Below are positions 27,477 through 30,179 of a stretch of DNA of 30,179 bases, piece after piece. A program made the position numbers and the translations under genes. A model generated the notes under the pieces. The model made no database searches, was not told where the DNA came from, and saw only the letters and a list, made by a program, of their open reading frames with translations. Within the stretch, counting starts at the first letter, position 1; the number at the start of each line of letters is the position of its first letter. Source of the stretch: Caecitellus pseudoparvulus (lineage: Eukaryota > Protista > Bigyra: Bicosoecida); assembly GCA_965644315.1 (NCBI GenBank), contig CBFFRQ010000141.1, positions 1 to 30,179 of the forward strand, written 5' to 3'.

Positions 27477-29731
27477 TTATGCCTGCACACTGTCCATCTC
27501 AGACCCTGTGGACCCTGACGCAGAATCCAGGCGCCCACGCTTCTTGCCCCGGCCTTGCGGGTCCAGGGGAGTCCTGCTCACCCTCACCAGCTGGTTGCGA
27601 GACCTGCTCTTGCGAGTGCGCCCTGCCGATTGCAGGCGGATGACGGTCGGCGGGCGGCCATCCCCAGTGCCGCCGAAGTCCATGATGACCGGCTCCTCCG
27701 CCTGCCCGCCACTCTTGGAGCTGATGACGCTGACGTCCACCTTGGAGCTGTACTTGAATGGGTATGGCACCTTTGCCTTGCTCCCCCGCTTGCGCTTGCA
27801 GGTGGCACAAGGACAGGAGCCAGAGCAAACTGGGCAAACCCACTGCACCAGCCCCGTGCGCACGGCGTGAAAGTCCACGTTGCAGCGCCGGCGCAGGCAG
27901 TTCGCACAGTAGGCATGCCGCCCCCCGTGAGCCATGGCATGGGCGCAGTTGATGACGTCCTCCCGCTTGTAGTGGCAGGAGTGGCACGTCATGGCTTGCT
28001 GGGACACGAACGGCACCATGCTGGCGTGCGTGGGGGCGGTGGGGTCCCCCATCACTTCCGGGTTGGTCTTGATGCCGCGGTTGGAGTGCACGCCACTGCG
28101 CCCCTTGTACACGTTCCCGATGAGCGGCACGGCCGCGGTGCCCCGTGACGTCAGTACGACTGTGCCTTGCGGAGGCAGGCACTGCTCGCCGCTTGATACC
28201 TGCAGCCCTGGCCGGGTCTGGTGGCTTGGCTGAGGGGGCTGGATGGGAGACGGGCCCCAGAGGCTCCCTGCTGCTCCCAAGCTCATGCCCATGACAGCAA
28301 GGGGCTGCTGTGGTGCCCGCATGGCAGGCGCAGATGTGGGCAGCTGGGTAGAGGACCCTGGCAAGCCAAGGTGCTGCGCGTGGCAGGCACAGTCTGCGCA
28401 GTGCTTGGGCCCAGGCGTGGCAAGGGGCATGCCGAGAGCTACCTGCGACGTGGAGCCAGGGGGCTGCCCCAACAACTCGTTGCTCGAGCCGGCCGTCGTG
28501 CCAGAACCCACATCGCCCCACAGAGCTTCACTCTCCGCCTCCAGTAGAGCAGATGCCTCTGTGGGACCGGCAGTTGGGTTGTGGGCAAAGGGGGGCAGTG
28601 TGGCAGGCGTTGAGAAGGAGGCACTGCCGTAGTGGGCGGCATGGCTCAGGAAAGGAGCAGAAGGCTGGAAGACGGTGCCTGCCACACCTGGCTGCACTCC
28701 AAAGTGTGACCGCCGGTGCACTGGAGTGAAGTGCTGTGGGCCGCTCCTGGCCGCCGTGAGGTGGGGCGCTCCCCCAGGAATGACGTGGGGGCCGGGCACA
28801 CTGGTCGAAAGAGGGGGCGCGTGGTGCTGCTGCGGCCCGCCCTGGGCTCCGCTGTTGTACCCCGCCTGCGAAGGAAGGAGAATGCGTGGTGCTGGTCGGT
28901 GCATCGGGAGAAAAGATGCTCCAGAGACACGCACAGGCACGACATGCCCGCCGACAGTGGAGTTGGCGGCAAGTGGGGCGCTTGCATGGCTCCAACTGTG
29001 TTGCGGCACTGAAACTGCTGCAGCAGGGGTCAGAGAGTGCAGCTGCTTAGACCTGAAGAGCAAGCAGGGGCAAGGGCGTGCGGAGGGCGGGGCGGAACAA
29101 TCGAAGGCATGGGGCGTGTGCTCAGGCAGTGCCGCTTCGATGCGGAGCAATTGGCACACCACCTCGCACACGCACGGGGCAGGGAAGGCGCCGACTTCAT
29201 GCGCGCCTCTTGGAGCTTGCGGGAACACTTGCTGCATGACCTTCCCTCCCAGCATGCTCTCGATGCTCTGGGAAGCGGAGGGCAGCGGCAGGCGTGGCCA
29301 CGTTGAAGTGGAGTAGGGTGTCCTCGGAAAGTTCGGATACCTTGCCACACAGCCTGACAAAGCACGAGGGAGGGCACAGGCGACCACGAATGCCCGTCAA
29401 ACATGATGCCCCCTTGCCTCCTTTTGTGCGAAAGCCCGACGCTCGAGGATGTTGGGCGGCACTTACAGCGAGAGCGTCAGCGAACTTGGCACAGTCAACA
29501 TGGCAGGGGAAGCGGAACTCGCTGCCGTCCGGCCAGGTCAGGGCGCAAAACTCCTGTGAGAATGGGCCAGAGGTGGTGTTGTGCAAGGCTACCGCGGGGC
29601 CATGCTGCTGCATGCCTTGCATGTGTGGCTTGGGTGAGGGACGCGAGCCACGTTTCCCGCAAAGACGGCAAGCCAGCTGCCGCAGGCTTGCTCGACTCAC
29701 GTGGCGCACGATGGGGCGGCCAACGCTGCCT
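27477..29731 (-). CDS. Spliced gene with C-terminal zf-4CXXC_R1 (CDCA7/JPO1-type) zinc finger and long Pro/Ala/Gly/Ser-rich disordered region; 5' exons unresolved
   Basis: TCHSCHYK..NC..HAYCANCLRRRC..WVCPVCSGSCPCATCKRKRG at ~27990-27783, followed by a basic NLS-like tail (GRGKKRGR). Minus-strand donors gtgagt (29700) and gtaagt (29466) and acceptors near 29732, 29354 and 29053 indicate upstream exons. The gene may extend further 5'. Confidence 0.75.
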
Positions 29732-30179
29732 ACAGGCGTGACGATCAAATCACTACCCAGGCTGGAGATGTGGATGCTGTCTGTGCACGGCGTGAGCAGC
29801 CCACGGAGTGCTGGATTGTGCGTGTGCCGCCATCGTGTCGCTCAGCGATGGCAGCCACGCTGCATGCTGCAACGCACGCCTGTCGTCTGCACCGCGCCCC
29901 AGGGACAGCAAGGCCTGATCATACTGTGTAAATCCCCCTCCTCCATGTGCCTCCCACCTAAAGAACGTCCCTTGAAACAAGCTCATGGCGCTGGGGCGCT
30001 GCACGGAAGGCACCAACGCAACTTCGGGCTGGTGATGCAATGAAGCGGCGCTGGACGAGGCTGACGTGCCCCTGGCCCAAAGACTGCACTGCAGAGCGAA
30101 GGTGGAACTTCCTTGCTGCTTTGAAGTGACGCATCGGCGCTCTCGCACTTGGAGCGTCGACGTGGCAGCTCGGGTTTGC

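Noticed and set aside
12591-29731. RecQ + ALKBH6 + zf-4CXXC as a DNA repair or epigenetic gene cluster
   Set aside because: The genes are separated by unrelated membrane-protein genes and nothing indicates co-regulation. Chance neighbourhood in a compact genome suffices.

Overview
GC-rich eukaryotic DNA with short GT-AG introns (about 60-80 nt). Gene style suggests a protist, possibly a stramenopile; this is inference. The first 7.84 kb appear to be one complete CMC-superfamily (Plavaka-type) DNA transposon. It has imperfect CAC...GTG terminal inverted repeats (2-25 and 7819-7842), an uninterrupted 1155-aa zinc-finger/DDE transposase, a divergent spliced accessory gene (~584 aa), a decayed third ORF, and a cluster of splice signals near its right end. 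That right end abuts a host gene for a Cys-rich multi-pass membrane protein, which lacks its 5' end and also carries a frameshift. The rest of the window holds a RecQ-like helicase with only its first RecA domain, an unknown beta-sandwich protein, and a ~2990-aa paralogous membrane protein with a 3.4-kb hierarchical mucin-type coding minisatellite. It ends with a decayed ORF region, an ALKBH6-like dioxygenase and a zf-4CXXC_R1 (CDCA7-type) zinc-finger gene. All family assignments come from motif recognition by eye; no searches were run.
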